Positions 9,815 through 22,420 of a stretch of 64,000 bases of DNA are shown piece by piece. Positions within the stretch are counted from its first letter, which is position 1, and every line of letters begins with the position of its first letter. A model generated the notes under the pieces. That model was not told the DNA's origin. It searched no databases and saw nothing but the letters and a program-made list of their open reading frames with translations. The stretch is taken from positions 3,596,001 to 3,660,000 of the forward strand of contig NC_058368.1 in the NCBI RefSeq assembly GCF_018350175.1. Reading direction: 5' to 3'. The DNA comes from Felis catus (taxonomy: Eukaryota). The position numbers and the translations under genes are program-made.

Positions 9815-11346
9815 GATCTCAAGGCTTCATCGAGGACACCTTCAGCCTTTGCTTCCCATCCATTTTAATTTCTTACGTCGATAAATTCACCTTCGCTCAG
9901 CTTCTCTGGCCACATATGCAGGGTTAGCTTCAACATCCACATGGCCAGCTGTTTTGTGCCGTAACTCCATTTAGTTTTTATTCAAATTTCACTTCCAGTA
10001 CTGCCGCCTTTAATATATTTGTTGTGTTTTCTTCTTTGTTGTCCTGTTCCCCCTTTCCATTGTCATAGTTACTTCTACAACCGTAGGATAAACCCTTCTG
10101 GACTATTTTAAGTTATTTTCTCATTGTTATGAAAATTCTACATTTGTAAGTAACATTGCGCATTCATTTTTTTCACTAAGTAATCCCCCTCCCCACTTTC
10201 ACACAGCATACGAATTAGTTAGGTAATTCTATAATAAATGAAACTCAGTAGCATCATAATTCCTGTGTTACTCAACGGGTTATGTATCTGGAAAATTATT
10301 TTTTCCTAATATTTTTTTAAGTAGTCATATGACTCTTTTTACCAATAAATATTGGACTGCCTGGCTTCATTGTGTTGTTGTTGTTAATATTATCACTCCT
10401 GATTTCTTTAAGCCAAGATTTGCTTGATCATTACTATTATATGCATTCTATATTATTATGTTTTATGCCTCTTGTAAAAAACATACACTTACATTCTGTG
10501 TGTATGTGCGCATTTGTCTGTGTTTTAAGGTGTGTTTCAATCTTAATCTTTTCAGGATAACTGTCTTTCAATGTGATCTTGCCTATGTCATTTTCTTTTA
10601 TAATTTTGAAATTTATAGTTCCCTTCTAGTCAATTTTTTCTGTCCAGACTATGCTGTTCGCTATTATTTTATCCAATGATATGGGTGAAATATAACCTGC
10701 TATTCTTATGGTGATGGCTAGCTAACAGTGTACAAACGCATTTGTAAATGTGTTCCTTTAAGTGTGCTCATTTCACCTTTTTCATCATTAATCTGTATTA
10801 GAAACTGACAAAGCATTAAAACTTGAACAAATATCTAAGGACAAATAATCCTCAAAGTAGAGGAGCTAGAGTCTGGCAGTCATATAAAAAACGCTGTCAG
10901 ATTTAGATAAGATCCTGTAATAATTTTCCACCTGAATGCTCTCTGCCGTCCGGCGTCTCATTTTCCTTTCTTACTAAAAAAAGGGGAGAAAAGAAAGAAA
11001 TAATAGCATTGATCATAAAGACGCATGATCTTTTCAAAGGCACAGACTCCCTACAAAACAGGGGGAAATGGGACTTTGCATAAACTCCTCTGCAGGTCCT
11101 CAGAACATGGACACATTTCCATACTTCGAAATTTACTTCTGTACCTTTCAGTCCTTATTGCTGGTTTCAAATTTACCGCAAGGGGTCCTTTCAGTGTCTA
11201 CCTCCTTGTCTTTCATATTTTGGTTTGTTTTCTACCCAGAAAACAATAACTCAGAATTTGCCACTTAATGGTCTGGAATACCTTGCACAGTTTCAACGGC
11301 CTCCCATCTAAATTGCTTCATTACGTAGATTGTGAATCTAACACAA

Positions 11347-11373
11347 GTGTGTGTGTGTGTGTGTGTGTGTGTG
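11347..11373. repeat. (GT)n microsatellite
   Basis: direct reading. Confidence 0.95.
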
Positions 11374-11584
11374 CATGCGCGCACACACAAATTGAGATTT
11401 GATGAGGGACATACTGAAGTACCAGTGAGGATACTTCTCTGATCACTCAATCCGTAGGGAGATAATCACCAGTAAACACTAGTAAAACTAATGGGATGGC
11501 AAGAAGCACCCAAGAATCTGACAATATGAATTTAAGGATAGATAGAAAACATCATTTTCTTTACTAGTAAGGTTCAGATATTTT

Positions 11585-11670
11585 TTGTTTGTTTGTGTAA
11601 GTAATCTTTATGCCCAACACGGGGCTCAAACTCCCAACCCCAAGATCAAGAGTCGCAATCCAGGCGCCCC
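11585..11670 (-). mobile_element. short or deleted Can-SINE
   Basis: ggggctcaaactc...agatcaagagtc...ccaggcgcccc. Confidence 0.8.
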
Positions 11671-11721
11671 AAGCTCAGATTTTTTTTGTGTGAAATTTAA
11701 GAGCTTCATTCATAAGACTCC

Positions 11722-11941
11722 TTTATTTATTTTTTTTAAGTTAATTTATTTTTGAGAGACTGAGAGAGACAGAGAATGAGTAGGGGAGGGGCAGAGAGAG
11801 AGGGAGACACAGAATGTGAAACAGGCTCCAGGCTCTGAGCTGTCAGCACAGAGCCCGATGCGGGGCTCGAACTCTTGGACAGCCAGATCATGACCTGAGC
11901 CAAAGTCAGACACATAACCAACTGAGCCACCCAGGCACCCC
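11722..11941 (-). mobile_element. Can-SINE
   Basis: full SINE; TSD ATArGACTCCTTTA. Confidence 0.96.
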
Positions 11942-13559
11942 GATAGGACTCCTTTAGAAAATCTTTCAAGCTAGCATTATTTTATGTATCACATCACTGA
12001 TGTATAATCAAATACAGTACAAAAGGAAAGAAACCAGTTTCTTAGCCATGGCTTCCGTGATCTCATTTTACTTCTGCCCCTTCGCTAGTCTAACTGCTCA
12101 TTTGCTCAGAGGGACGTGCCCATCCACAAGACGGTTGCTGTAGTTTGAAATATAAGTGACTAAAGGAAAAATGCCCCAAGATATAGTCTGAGTGAAAACT
12201 GAAGAGTGAATGTATAATGCGGATCCTAAAGCAAGTGTCATGAGATGTTTGAAGACTTCCTTGGGCCAATTATCTTACTTTAGTTTTTAATTCTGAAGAG
12301 CTTCTAAGATAACAATCGTGATCATCCATGAAATAAATTAATCTGAACCCTGTTAACATTTTTTTCCGATATAACTGTGCTCTAATTCTTTTTAATTAAG
12401 CTCTAGATGAAGAATCCATATCAGCTCAAACCTTATTTCCCGTTGTGGAGCCTGATGCATTGTTGTTTTGGTTTTGGAGATGTCAGATGAGGTTGGTTAG
12501 AAGAAAAACAAAAAAATCGTGTTTTGATTATTCTGATATGCCAGCCAGGAACATTTTTATTATCGAACATTCCCCTCTCCCTGACGTGCGGACCATAGAG
12601 CGGCCATAGCAACCCATTCTGATAAAACACGGACGGTGTCTGTAGACCCCCATTCACCCCTCTCCCTGAGGGCTACAATTAATCAGCTACATTCTCCTGC
12701 CACCTTCTTCCACGAAGATCGTCCACCCCAGCGCTCTCATTCCTTTCATTGACTCAAGTTCGGACCGTTGGTGCGACATCTGGGGAAAAGGCACCAGTAA
12801 GAGGGAAGAATTTCAATGGGACCCTAGAGCAGAAATTACATTTATGACGAAACCTTTGCATTCTGAGTCACACTTATTTTACTTCTGAAGACAACAGTAT
12901 GGACTTGTTATAAAAAATATGAAACTCAGAATTGTATTGTGGCAAAAGATTACTCACTTATAGTCCCGCCAGTGAAAAGTGGATACTAATGATAGTTTTA
13001 CAACTATCTTTTTGTCCATATAAATGGTATATATTTTTAAAACTTCGCATGCTCCCTCTCTGCTTCAATACATGAATAAGTTGCTATATTCTTGTAGAGC
13101 TTTCTCAAACATCATATTTGATTGCTAATAATGTTCCATTATATTGATCTCAATGTAGTTAGCAAATCCCTAATAGGTTTTTTTGCTCATGTTTCACCTC
13201 TAACTTTATGTATGAGTATCTCTCTGTATTTATGATCAAGTACTTAGAATAAATACTGGACTTAGAATTCATGAATCAAATAATTAAATGTTCTTAAGAC
13301 TCCGAACAAGAATGTCAGAGCCTGCATTGCATCAAATCCTTACCACCGATTGTTACTTTGATAAATTAAGTTTGCTTGCTATTTCATTCAATATGAAGGG
13401 TTTGACATTTAATATTTATCATCCATTTATATTCCTTCTCTTATGGATATCTTTTGTTTTAATATTTTCTTATTTAGGCTACTATAGTATGTACATTATG
13501 TATGACTTATGACATGCCTTATACTATGTAGCATATATCATATATGAAAATCTTACCAT

Positions 13560-13769
13560 TTTTTTTTACATTTTTTAATTTATTTTTGGAAAAGAGAGAG
13601 AGCAAAAGTGAGGGAGGGGCAGAGACAGAGGGAGACACAGAATCCAAAGCAGGCTCCAAGCTCTGAGCTATCAGCACAGAGCCCAATGTGGGGCTCGAAC
13701 TCACAAACCGTGAGATCATGACCTGAGCCAAAGTCGGACTCTTAACTGACTGAGCCACCCAGACGCCCC
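13560..13769 (-). mobile_element. Can-SINE
   Basis: full SINE; diverged TSD aaa.tcttaccrtttt. Confidence 0.96.
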
Positions 13770-14034
13770 AAAAGTCTTACCGTTTTAAACTTAGCAAGAA
13801 GTTCTTTATCTAAACAGATAATAGGTTTGACCTACCCATGTGTTCATATCTTTTTGTATAAAAACCTTACAAACACTCCCTAAGACCAGAAAGTCTTCAA
13901 TCAGAAAATTGTAAGAGACTCTACTCCGTAAGTGCAGTGCACATTCGTAATCTTATCCACAATCCAAAATTTAAAAAAATACTCTGAAACTAAAATATTT
14001 TCCCAAGAATTTCATTAAATTATTTGGAAACAAA

Positions 14035-14255
14035 TTTTTTTTAATTTTTTTTTAAGTTTATTTATTTTTGAGACAGAGCGAGACAGAGCATGAACAAGGG
14101 AGGGACAGAGAGAGAGGGAGACACAGAATCGGAAGCAGGCTCCAGGCTCCGAGCCATCAGCCCAGAGCCCGATGCGGGGCTCGAACTCACAGACCGCGAG
14201 ATCGTGACCTGAGTCGAAGTTGGACGTTTAACTGGCTGAGCCACCCAGGCACTCT
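14035..14255 (-). mobile_element. Can-SINE
   Basis: full SINE; TSD TGGAAACAAATTT. Confidence 0.96.
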
Positions 14256-14387
14256 GGAAACAAATTTGACAAAAGCATATATACTCATAAACATCTGTGG
14301 GCTAGAAATCTCCCTGAGTGATCTCATCCTTCTAATGGCTTCAAACTCCCTTTGCTGGATGCAGTGATGATCCCTACCCCACATTCT

Positions 14388-14560
14388 GGGGGAGCCTGGG
14401 TGGCTCAGTCAGTGGAATTTCGGACCCTTGATTTTGGCTCAGGTCATGATCTGCTGGTTTGCGAGATCAAGCCCTATGTTGGCCTCTGTGGTGACAGTCT
14501 GGTACCTGCTTGGGATTCTCTGTCTCTTTGTCTCTCGAAATAAATAAACTTAAAAAAAAA
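14388..14560 (+). mobile_element. Can-SINE (older)
   Basis: SINE head, CT tract, A-tail. Confidence 0.93.
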
Positions 14561-14564
14561 TAGA

Positions 14565-14860
14565 TGCCATGTTCTAATGCCCCCAACAAAAGGGACTTTG
14601 TGGATGTGGTTAAGTATCTTGAAATGGGGAGGTTATCTGGAATCATCCGGATCAGGATCAAAGAAGGCGATGGTGAGAGCAGGGGCCTTAAATCATAGAT
14701 ATCTGAAGTTACTACCTGGATGGCTTAAAGATGGAGGAGAGGTCCATGAACTAAGCAATGCAGGCAGCCTCTAGAAGCTCAAAAAGACAACAACAAAACA
14801 AAGCAAAACAAAACAACAACAAAACACTCCTCTTGAGCCTCCAGAAAGAACACAGGCCTG
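14565..14860 (+). mobile_element. MaLR LTR fragment (MLT1D-like)
   Basis: aaaagggactttg..gatgtggttaag..cttgaaatgggg; aatgcaggcagcctctagaagct; gagcctccagaaagaacaca. Confidence 0.8.
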
Positions 14861-14879
14861 AGTTCCATAATCTGTATCC

Positions 14880-15848
14880 TGCTTTCCGTTCCACATCTCC
14901 ACTTTAGTGTTTCAGAGGGGCGTAAGATTTAGCATGGTCCAAAGCAAACTGCTAAACTGCTCATTTTATTCCCTAAATCTACTTCTCTAGTTTACACGTA
15001 CCGGTAAATGGTAGGCAATCCATGCAGCTGGTCAACTCATTAATTAGGAGAGAATCCAAAATACCCAGATGTGACTCCCTCCTTTCCTTCCTTCCCCTAA
15101 TCCAGTTCACCTTTTAGTCATGTCGATTCTGCCCATGCACACTGCACATCCACGTACTGCCCTCTGTCTCCTTTTCCACCAGCCTAGACTAGACCACGGT
15201 AGACCAAGCCAAATCATCATTCACGTGCACTCCATTTGAGTCTTCCAAATTCATTCCTCTGCTCTGTGCCCTCGAATTCATGCCCGGTTTCCTCCCCATT
15301 GGTATACAAACACCCCTATAATTGTTCCTGTGTCCTTCCCAATCCCGTCCCTTGCTACTTTCCCATTCCTTGTACCGGACACTACCCTTCTTCCGGATCC
15401 GTCACGACGCTATCCCCCTTTACACCACGTGATCTTTCCCAATACACTGCCTAGTGCCTAAATACTGTCACTCATTCACCGCCTCATAAACCTCACTCAG
15501 CTCCTAAGTCAGCCCAGATATTACAAACCCGTAGTGGTCTTCCATGATCTTCTATTGTAAATTAAATTTACAATACTTACTTCTTCCGCAAGTAGAAGTA
15601 TTTACAATTGTAAGTATTTACAATACTTACTTACTTCTTCTGCAAATAATCTTATATTTTTCTTTACAGCTTTTATCTTAGCTTACGTTTACATTTTGTG
15701 GATATCTTACTTAAGTTATTTTCCCCTTTACTAGATTTTAAGTTCCACAAGAACAGGGGCCACGGTTATTTTGGCTAACCATGGTATCCTTTCACGTGGC
15801 ACCGTGGCTGAAGCATAGAAGATGCTCAATAAATATTTGATAAACAAA
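14880..15848 (+). mobile_element. LINE-2 relic including 3' end
   Basis: C/T-rich L2 body; 3' end catagaagatgctcaataaatatttg. Confidence 0.7.
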
Positions 15849-15851
15849 AAT

Positions 15852-16125
15852 TGGGGTGCTTGGGAGGCTCGGTCAGTTAAGCCACTGACTCTGGATTTTG
15901 GCTCAGGTCATAATCTCACGGTCCGTGCGTTCGAGCCCCACATCGGGCTATGCGTTGACAATGCAGAGCCTGCTTGGGGTTCTCTCTCTCTCTCTCTCTC
16001 TCTGCCCCTCCTGTGCTCTCTCTCTCTCTCTGCCCCTCCTGTGCTCTCTCTCTCTCTCTCTGCCCCTCCTGTGCTCTCTCTCTCTCTCTCCAAATAAGTA
16101 AAACAAACTTGAAAAATGTAAATAA
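15852..16125 (+). mobile_element. Can-SINE with triplicated (CT)n-GCCCCTCCTGTG module
   Basis: three copies of ctctctctgcccctcctgtg at about 15990-16075. Confidence 0.95.
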
Positions 16126-17614
16126 AAACCAAAACTGGATAAATCAGGAGAAATTAACTTCTAATCTCAAATTGGTAGGTTTCAGAATTCTTATTCATGT
16201 CCTGAATAATTTTGATATTGGAAAAGTGGGATGCCCGAATATACATTTTAATGTCTCTATAAGGACTAATTCAAAAATGGGGGGGTCGATGGCACTGGGC
16301 TGATGCACCCCTTGCCTATCTCCTGCCTCCAATCTTGCCTATTTGTCCACCCACTCTATCTTCCCTAAACATCTCCAGGCTCATTGTCTGTGAATGTCAA
16401 ATCAACACCGTCCTACTATTTGTTTTGATTCAAATAATCCAGCCTTTAAAAGCCTTTCTGAAAAAGGAAGACATGTTTCATTCTGCAAAGCACTGTTTGC
16501 AAAACTGTAACTGATAATTAAAGACAAAGAATATGGTGAAATTGAAAAGGAAGTCAGATTGATTTCCTTGGCCACATACTCATCACGGTTGAAACTGGCT
16601 TCGAGCCTTGATGTTAGTAATCTGAGCAAAATGTCAATTCTGATACAAATCTGAGAACAGGCTGAACACAAGTTAGATAATCTTTTGCTGACCTTTAGCT
16701 GTTGATTAGTGACTATTCTTCCTGCACCCTAAATTAGTGTCTTTCTGACAGTGTTTAGATTCCATTTAGCCAGACATTATAAAATTACATGCACTGTTGT
16801 TTCATTTTGTCCTTCTTATTGTGTAAAATTGACCCCAAATAAGGACTTCTTTCTCCTTAGTTCTCCAGATTTAGGTGATTTTGTTTTAAAAACTCAAACG
16901 GAAGAAGGTCTCAACTGAGTCTGAATTCGTCAAGCTGTGTCTGAAAAATGAATGTAGTTAGCCAAGACATGGGACAAAATAACTGCCTCCTTACTTACAG
17001 GACCCCCCGGCCCCCAGAGAACACTTCTGCAAGTGACCAAGGCGACCAGGGTGCAGGTTTGCAGTGGATGAGGAAGTACAGAATTTCGACCGGTGTGAAT
17101 AAAATTCCTCCTCACTAAATTCTAATAATTCACATCATTATAGCAAGTTGTATACAGACTTTCACATTCGTTATTCGTTATATCTGTATTTTAAAAATAT
17201 GTATTTTGAGTTAGATTACTGCTATTCCCATTCCTTAGTGCTTCTGTAGTATGAAAAGCATGCGTCCAGCCTTTGCACTCACTGAAGAGCCTCAAAGTTA
17301 CCGTATGGAGTACAAAACATAATTTAAAAAATGGTCACTGACCCAAAAGATTTTACTATCCTCGACATGTACATACTAAGGGTTTCCCGGCTTGTGTTTG
17401 GTCTCCCAATTCACAAGCCAATTCACGAAGAAAACATCATGCTTTCTATTCCTCATCAGACCCCAATAGTCAGAATGTATTCTCCTCTAACCCGGAAAAG
17501 ATGAGTTTTGAGCATAAGTGGTCACAGATGGTACTTTCACTCCATGGCTACCATCTTCTAAGGTATATTGACAGCATTGGTCCCCACTGCAATTTACATT
17601 GAAACAAAGTCACT

Positions 17615-17850
17615 TTCTTTTTTTTTTTTTTTTTAATTTTTTTTTTTCAACGTTTATTTATTTTTGGGACAGAGAGAGACAGAGCATGAACGGGGGAGGG
17701 GCAGAGAGAGAGGGAGACACAGAATCGGAAACAGGCTCCAGGCTCCGAGCCATCAGCCCAGAGCCTGACGCAGGGCTCGAACTCCCGGACCGCGAGATCG
17801 TGACCTGGCTGAAGTCGGACGCTTAACTGACTGCGCCACCCAGGCGCCCC
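17615..17850 (-). mobile_element. Can-SINE, young subtype
   Basis: CpG-rich; perfect TSD AAACAAAGTCACTTTC. Confidence 0.98.
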
Positions 17851-17986
17851 AAAACAAAGTCACTTTCAACGCATACCTGCCTTTCAAAATTTCTCATTAG
17901 GAAACCATTGAGATATGTTACACAGTATGTCTGACCCACTGGAACATTCACCTTTTTCTTTGATAGAAATAAAAATGGAAGTCTTT

Positions 17987-18202
17987 TGGGGCACCTGGGT
18001 GGCTCAGTCGGTTAAGCGTCCGACTTCAGCTCAGGTCACGATCTCACCGTCCGTGAGTTCGAGCCCCGCGTCGGGCTCTGGGCTGATGGCTCAGAGCCTG
18101 GAGCCTTCTTCCCATTCTGTGTCTCCCTCTCTCTCTGCCCCTCCCCCGTTCCTGCTCTGTCTCTCTCTGCCTCAAAAATAAATTAACGTTAAAAAAAAAA
18201 AA
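17987..18202 (+). mobile_element. Can-SINE
   Basis: perfect TSD AAAAATGGAAGTCTTT. Confidence 0.98.
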
Positions 18203-18267
18203 ATGGAAGTCTTTCACAATGGCTTTTGAGCAAAGATCTGGTGCTATTTCAATGCAATTTGTATTTT

Positions 18268-18540
18268 AAGGTAAATTTTACTGAATTTTGTTTTAATGTA
18301 ATTTTTACTGAATTACTCAATAATGAAATTTTTGACTGAATGTAATTTTTACTGAATTACTTTTTAATTATTTTAATATTTGCTGAATTTTTACTGAATT
18401 AATTTAAGTTTTGCTGAATTTTATTTTAATGTAGTTTTCTACTGAATTACTCCACAATGAAATTTTTTACTAAGCATAATTTTTTACTGAACTACTCAGT
18501 AATGAAATAGCCAGTATTAAAATGTAAATTTTACTGAAGT
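18268..18540. repeat. degenerate AT-rich array of TTTTACTGAA motifs
   Basis: about a dozen copies of ttt(t)rctgaa with higher-order duplication. Confidence 0.9.
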
Positions 18541-19147
18541 GTATCATAAACACATAAATGTGCATAAATCATAAGTGGGTAACTCCATGAACGTTAAAAG
18601 GAAAGTCTAGCAGAAAAAGCATATTACCAACACTTTAGAATTCTCTCTTGTGCCTACACCCAGTCATAATGCATGAGCCCCTTCCTAAAAACAACCATTT
18701 TTTTTTATTGCTTATATGGCCACAGATTATTTTTACCTCTTTTGGAACATTTAGGTAAATGGAGTTACGCATTGTGTTTTCTTTTTGTGTCTGGCCTCTT
18801 TCGATCAGCATTATATTTGTGGGATTTGTTTAAATGCTGTCTGTGGAAATAGCTCACTTATTTTTATTACTATATAGTAGTTTCTCCTGTGAAAACACCA
18901 TAGTTTTGTTTGGGCACACATACGTATGGATTTCTGTTGCTGGGTCATAAGATACGAGTACATTTACCTGTACTAGAAGTTGTAAAATTATTCTCCAAAG
19001 TGATTATTCATCGATAATTTTTCTTCCTTACAGTGTGAATGAGAAGTCCAGAATCCTACGTCCTTACTCATACCTGGTAGGGTTTTTTTTTTTTTTTTCC
19101 TTTTTTCTTTTATCCATAATAGGGTGGATATAGAGTTGAATTACATT

Positions 19148-19680
19148 GTTACACTGAAGATCCCCAATGAAGCATACCTCCTGGTATTCATGCCAATTGT
19201 ATCCCCTCCCACACTGAGTTGGGGGTTTTGACCATGTGACTAGATTTGACCAGTCAGTGCTTCACAAGAGTGATATAAAAGAAGGCTTTGCAAGCACTCG
19301 TAAACACTTGGAATGCTTGATCTTGGAAGGTTCCGTTTTGGATATAGATTTCCATCCTGACAGGAGCCCAGTAAGCCATGCATGTGGAGGGTCTCTGCGG
19401 AGGAGACCCGAGGTCTCTGGTCACAGTCCCACCTGCGCTCCCCGTCAGCCTCCAGTACCAGTGACTAGCAATGTGAGGGCGGCCATCTTCGAAATGCCAA
19501 CAGTTCTAGCAACACAGGCAAAACCAGTGACCCAGAACCGTGGGCCCAGAACCGTGACCCAGAAAAGCAGACCCGTAAAGCAGACCGTGACCCAGTCAAG
19601 TTGCAGAATTGTGAATAATAATAAATCTTTGTGGTATTAAGCCGTTAACTTCAGGATTAGTAGTAAGTAGCTTAAACAAA
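19148..19680 (+). mobile_element. MaLR LTR (MLT1F/G-like)
   Basis: ccccaatga..cctcctggtattcatgcc; ccatgtgact..tttgacca; gcagaattgtga..aataaat..ttaagcc. Confidence 0.8.
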
Positions 19681-19762
19681 AATTCTTATCTAACTGGTTT
19701 TCATGTTAATATATCTGTTGATTAAAAATGTTGATCATCTTATTTCTGTTTCTGGCCATGTC

Positions 19763-20269
19763 CCAATTACTAATGTTGCTTAATAAGCTTACCCCAGATG
19801 TCATAAGGTAACAACCAATTCCTTATGGTCACTGATTTTGTGGGTCAAGAAACCAGACAGAGCACAACTCCTAATACTCAATGTCTAGACCTAATTTGGG
19901 AAAACTAGCATGGCTGAAAGCTAAAAACATGTGAGGACTCTTTCCTCACATGTCTGGATGCTAGGCTGGGAGCCATCTAACTTGTGCACTCAGCTGCCAC
20001 TTGATGAGAGTACCTACATCTGGGCTCTCCATGTGGTTTGGGCTTCTCACCGCACGGACATAGGATTTTAAGATAGAGCCCACCAGATCCCTCTGTTATC
20101 TTGACAACCAGGTAGAAGCTGTCTGACCTCACAAGTCACAATATTTGACCATATTCTATGGGTAAAAATGGTCATAATTACATTGATATTCAAGAGGAAG
20201 AGCCATACACAGTATTTCTCGATAACAAGAGTATCAATCAATTGGCGATCACGTTTTAAAACCCCCACA
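19763..20269 (-). mobile_element. MaLR LTR (MLT1F/H-like)
   Basis: ttttgtgggtcaagaa, ctcacatgtctgg, ggctctccatgtggtttgggcttctcac, ttttaaaacccccaca. Confidence 0.75.
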
Positions 20270-22211
20270 AGGCTCTTTGGATATCTTAAGTATATTGCTT
20301 GTTCATAGCTTCAGGATAAAAAAATTGGTTTCATTTAGGCTGTTTTTCTTGTTGATATGTAGAAATCATACATATGACATATATAAATGTCACAGATATC
20401 ATGTGTATTTCATATATATATTATGTATATTTTTATATATCACCTTCTCTCCATTTTGCAGGTTGTGACTTCATTCACTTAACATTATATTGTAATAGAC
20501 AAAAAATTATAATTTTTTAATATAATCCAATTTGTCATTATCTTTTTTATGTCCGGTTTAAGAAATAATGACATAATACAAAGTCAAGAAGCGATTTTTA
20601 TATGTTACCCTCTAGAAACTCTGTTTCTCTAACTTACACACTAGGTCTCCAATGGAATTGACTTTTTAATGTATCTTTATCTCTTTTAATCTTTCTTTTC
20701 TTGTTCTTTTTTCTTTTTTTGTTATTGTTGTTTTGGAATTGACTTTTGCATATGCATTAGGAAAGGGACATGATTTTTTTTCCCTCTACGTGACTATCCA
20801 ATTCATCTAGCATTGTTTATTGAAACAGCAGAAGGATCTTTATCCTGATCGGAGCAACCATATATGTCTGCATCTGTTTCTAGACATTCTCTTCTGCTCC
20901 ATTAATTTTTCTGTTCGATCCTTACTCCAGCGCTATAATAATGTCTTAATCATCATAGTTTTGCAGCTTTATAATAGATTTTTATATCTGGTAGTTTAAG
21001 TCCTACAACTTTGTTGTTTTTTTTTTTTTTTCCTAAGATAGCCTTCACTGTCCTTAGACTTTTGCATTTCTCTTTAAAATTTTAAATCAGCTTGCCAATT
21101 TACACATAACACAATCTGCTGGGATTTACATTGAGACTGCAGAGAAATCTATACAGTAATTGGGGAAATTTTTCATCTTAAAAATAATATCTTCCAATGT
21201 GAATATGGTATATGTCTCCATTTATTAGGTTTCTTAAACTCTCTCAATAATATTTTTATAGCTTTGGTGTAGAATTCTTGAATGTTTTATTAAAAGTATT
21301 CTGCACTATTCAATATTTTGTTGCCATTATAAATAATGTTATAAAGTCTAATATTTTTATAAGTTTGATTTCTGTTTTTTGATAGCATAAACAAACATTT
21401 GATTTTTGTATTTTATCCAGCTAACTTCCTAAATATAATTTTTTTTGGATAGATTCTTTGTTGATTTGGATTCTCTACATAGCCAATCATGTCTGCAAAT
21501 AATGACAGCTTATTCTTCCCTTCTAATCTCTATAAATCTGCTTTTAATCTTTTATATCTGTTATCTTCACTTATTGAACTGATAAGACATGACGTTAATC
21601 ATAAGTGGTTATAGCAGGTGTCTTGGTATAATTCCTAATTTCAGAGGATAAGCTTTCATTTTTTCATCATTATGATTCTTGTAATATTTTAAGTGATATT
21701 TTTAACATTAAATAAATGTTCTTCTCTTCCCAGTTTGCTAAGCATTTTTATCGTAAATGAACTCTAAATTTCCGCATCTAGTACGATATGACTTTATTCT
21801 CCTTTATTTTTTAATTTGTTAAATTATGTTGGTTTACTTTGAATGTAAAATCAACCTTACATTCTCTGTATAAATCTAACGTGGCACTGATGTATCATTC
21901 TTTTTAACACAGATGGATTTTAGGGGGCTATTATTTTGTTTTAGGTGTTGGCTTCTATGAATGTAAGTATGCCATGAAGTTTTGGGTTCTTACAATGTCT
22001 TTGACTGCTTTTTATATCATAGTTATGCTCTGTTTATGAAATGAGTTGCCAAACATTTCTTTCTGTTTTCTAGAAGAATTTGTGTAAGATTGATGCGGTC
22101 GCTTTCTTATATTTGTGGAAGAATTCACTGGTGAAGAATGGGCTTTCCTTTTCGGAACATTTCTGAAATTATAGATTCAATTTCTTTAAAAGAAATATTC
22201 AGATTTTACAC

Positions 22212-22420
22212 TTTTTAAAAAAATTTTTAACACTTATTTATTATTGAGAGACAGAGAGAGAGAGAGCATGAGCAGAGAGAGGAGGAGACAGATTCTGAGG
22301 CAGGCTCCAGGCTCTGAGCTGTCAGCACAGAACCCGACGCAGGGCTCGAACTCACAAACTGCAAGATCATGACCTGAGTCAAAGCCGGACGCTTAACCGC
22401 CTGAGCCACCCAGGCACCGC
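22212..22420 (-). mobile_element. Can-SINE
   Basis: full reverse SINE. Confidence 0.95.

Larger units (their letters stand above)
9135..10100 (-). mobile_element. TcMar-Tigger DNA transposon relic (Tigger13a-like), split by a solo LTR
   Basis: minus strand reads ELSVIFDDVE..WETDPNS..QTPLHDHFF, like a pogo/Tigger transposase C-terminus; family from remembered consensus. Confidence 0.6.

Noticed and set aside
19236..19640. Longest ORF (134 aa)
   Set aside because: Lies wholly in an MLT1 LTR; the repeated VTQ motif comes from a short tandem repeat.
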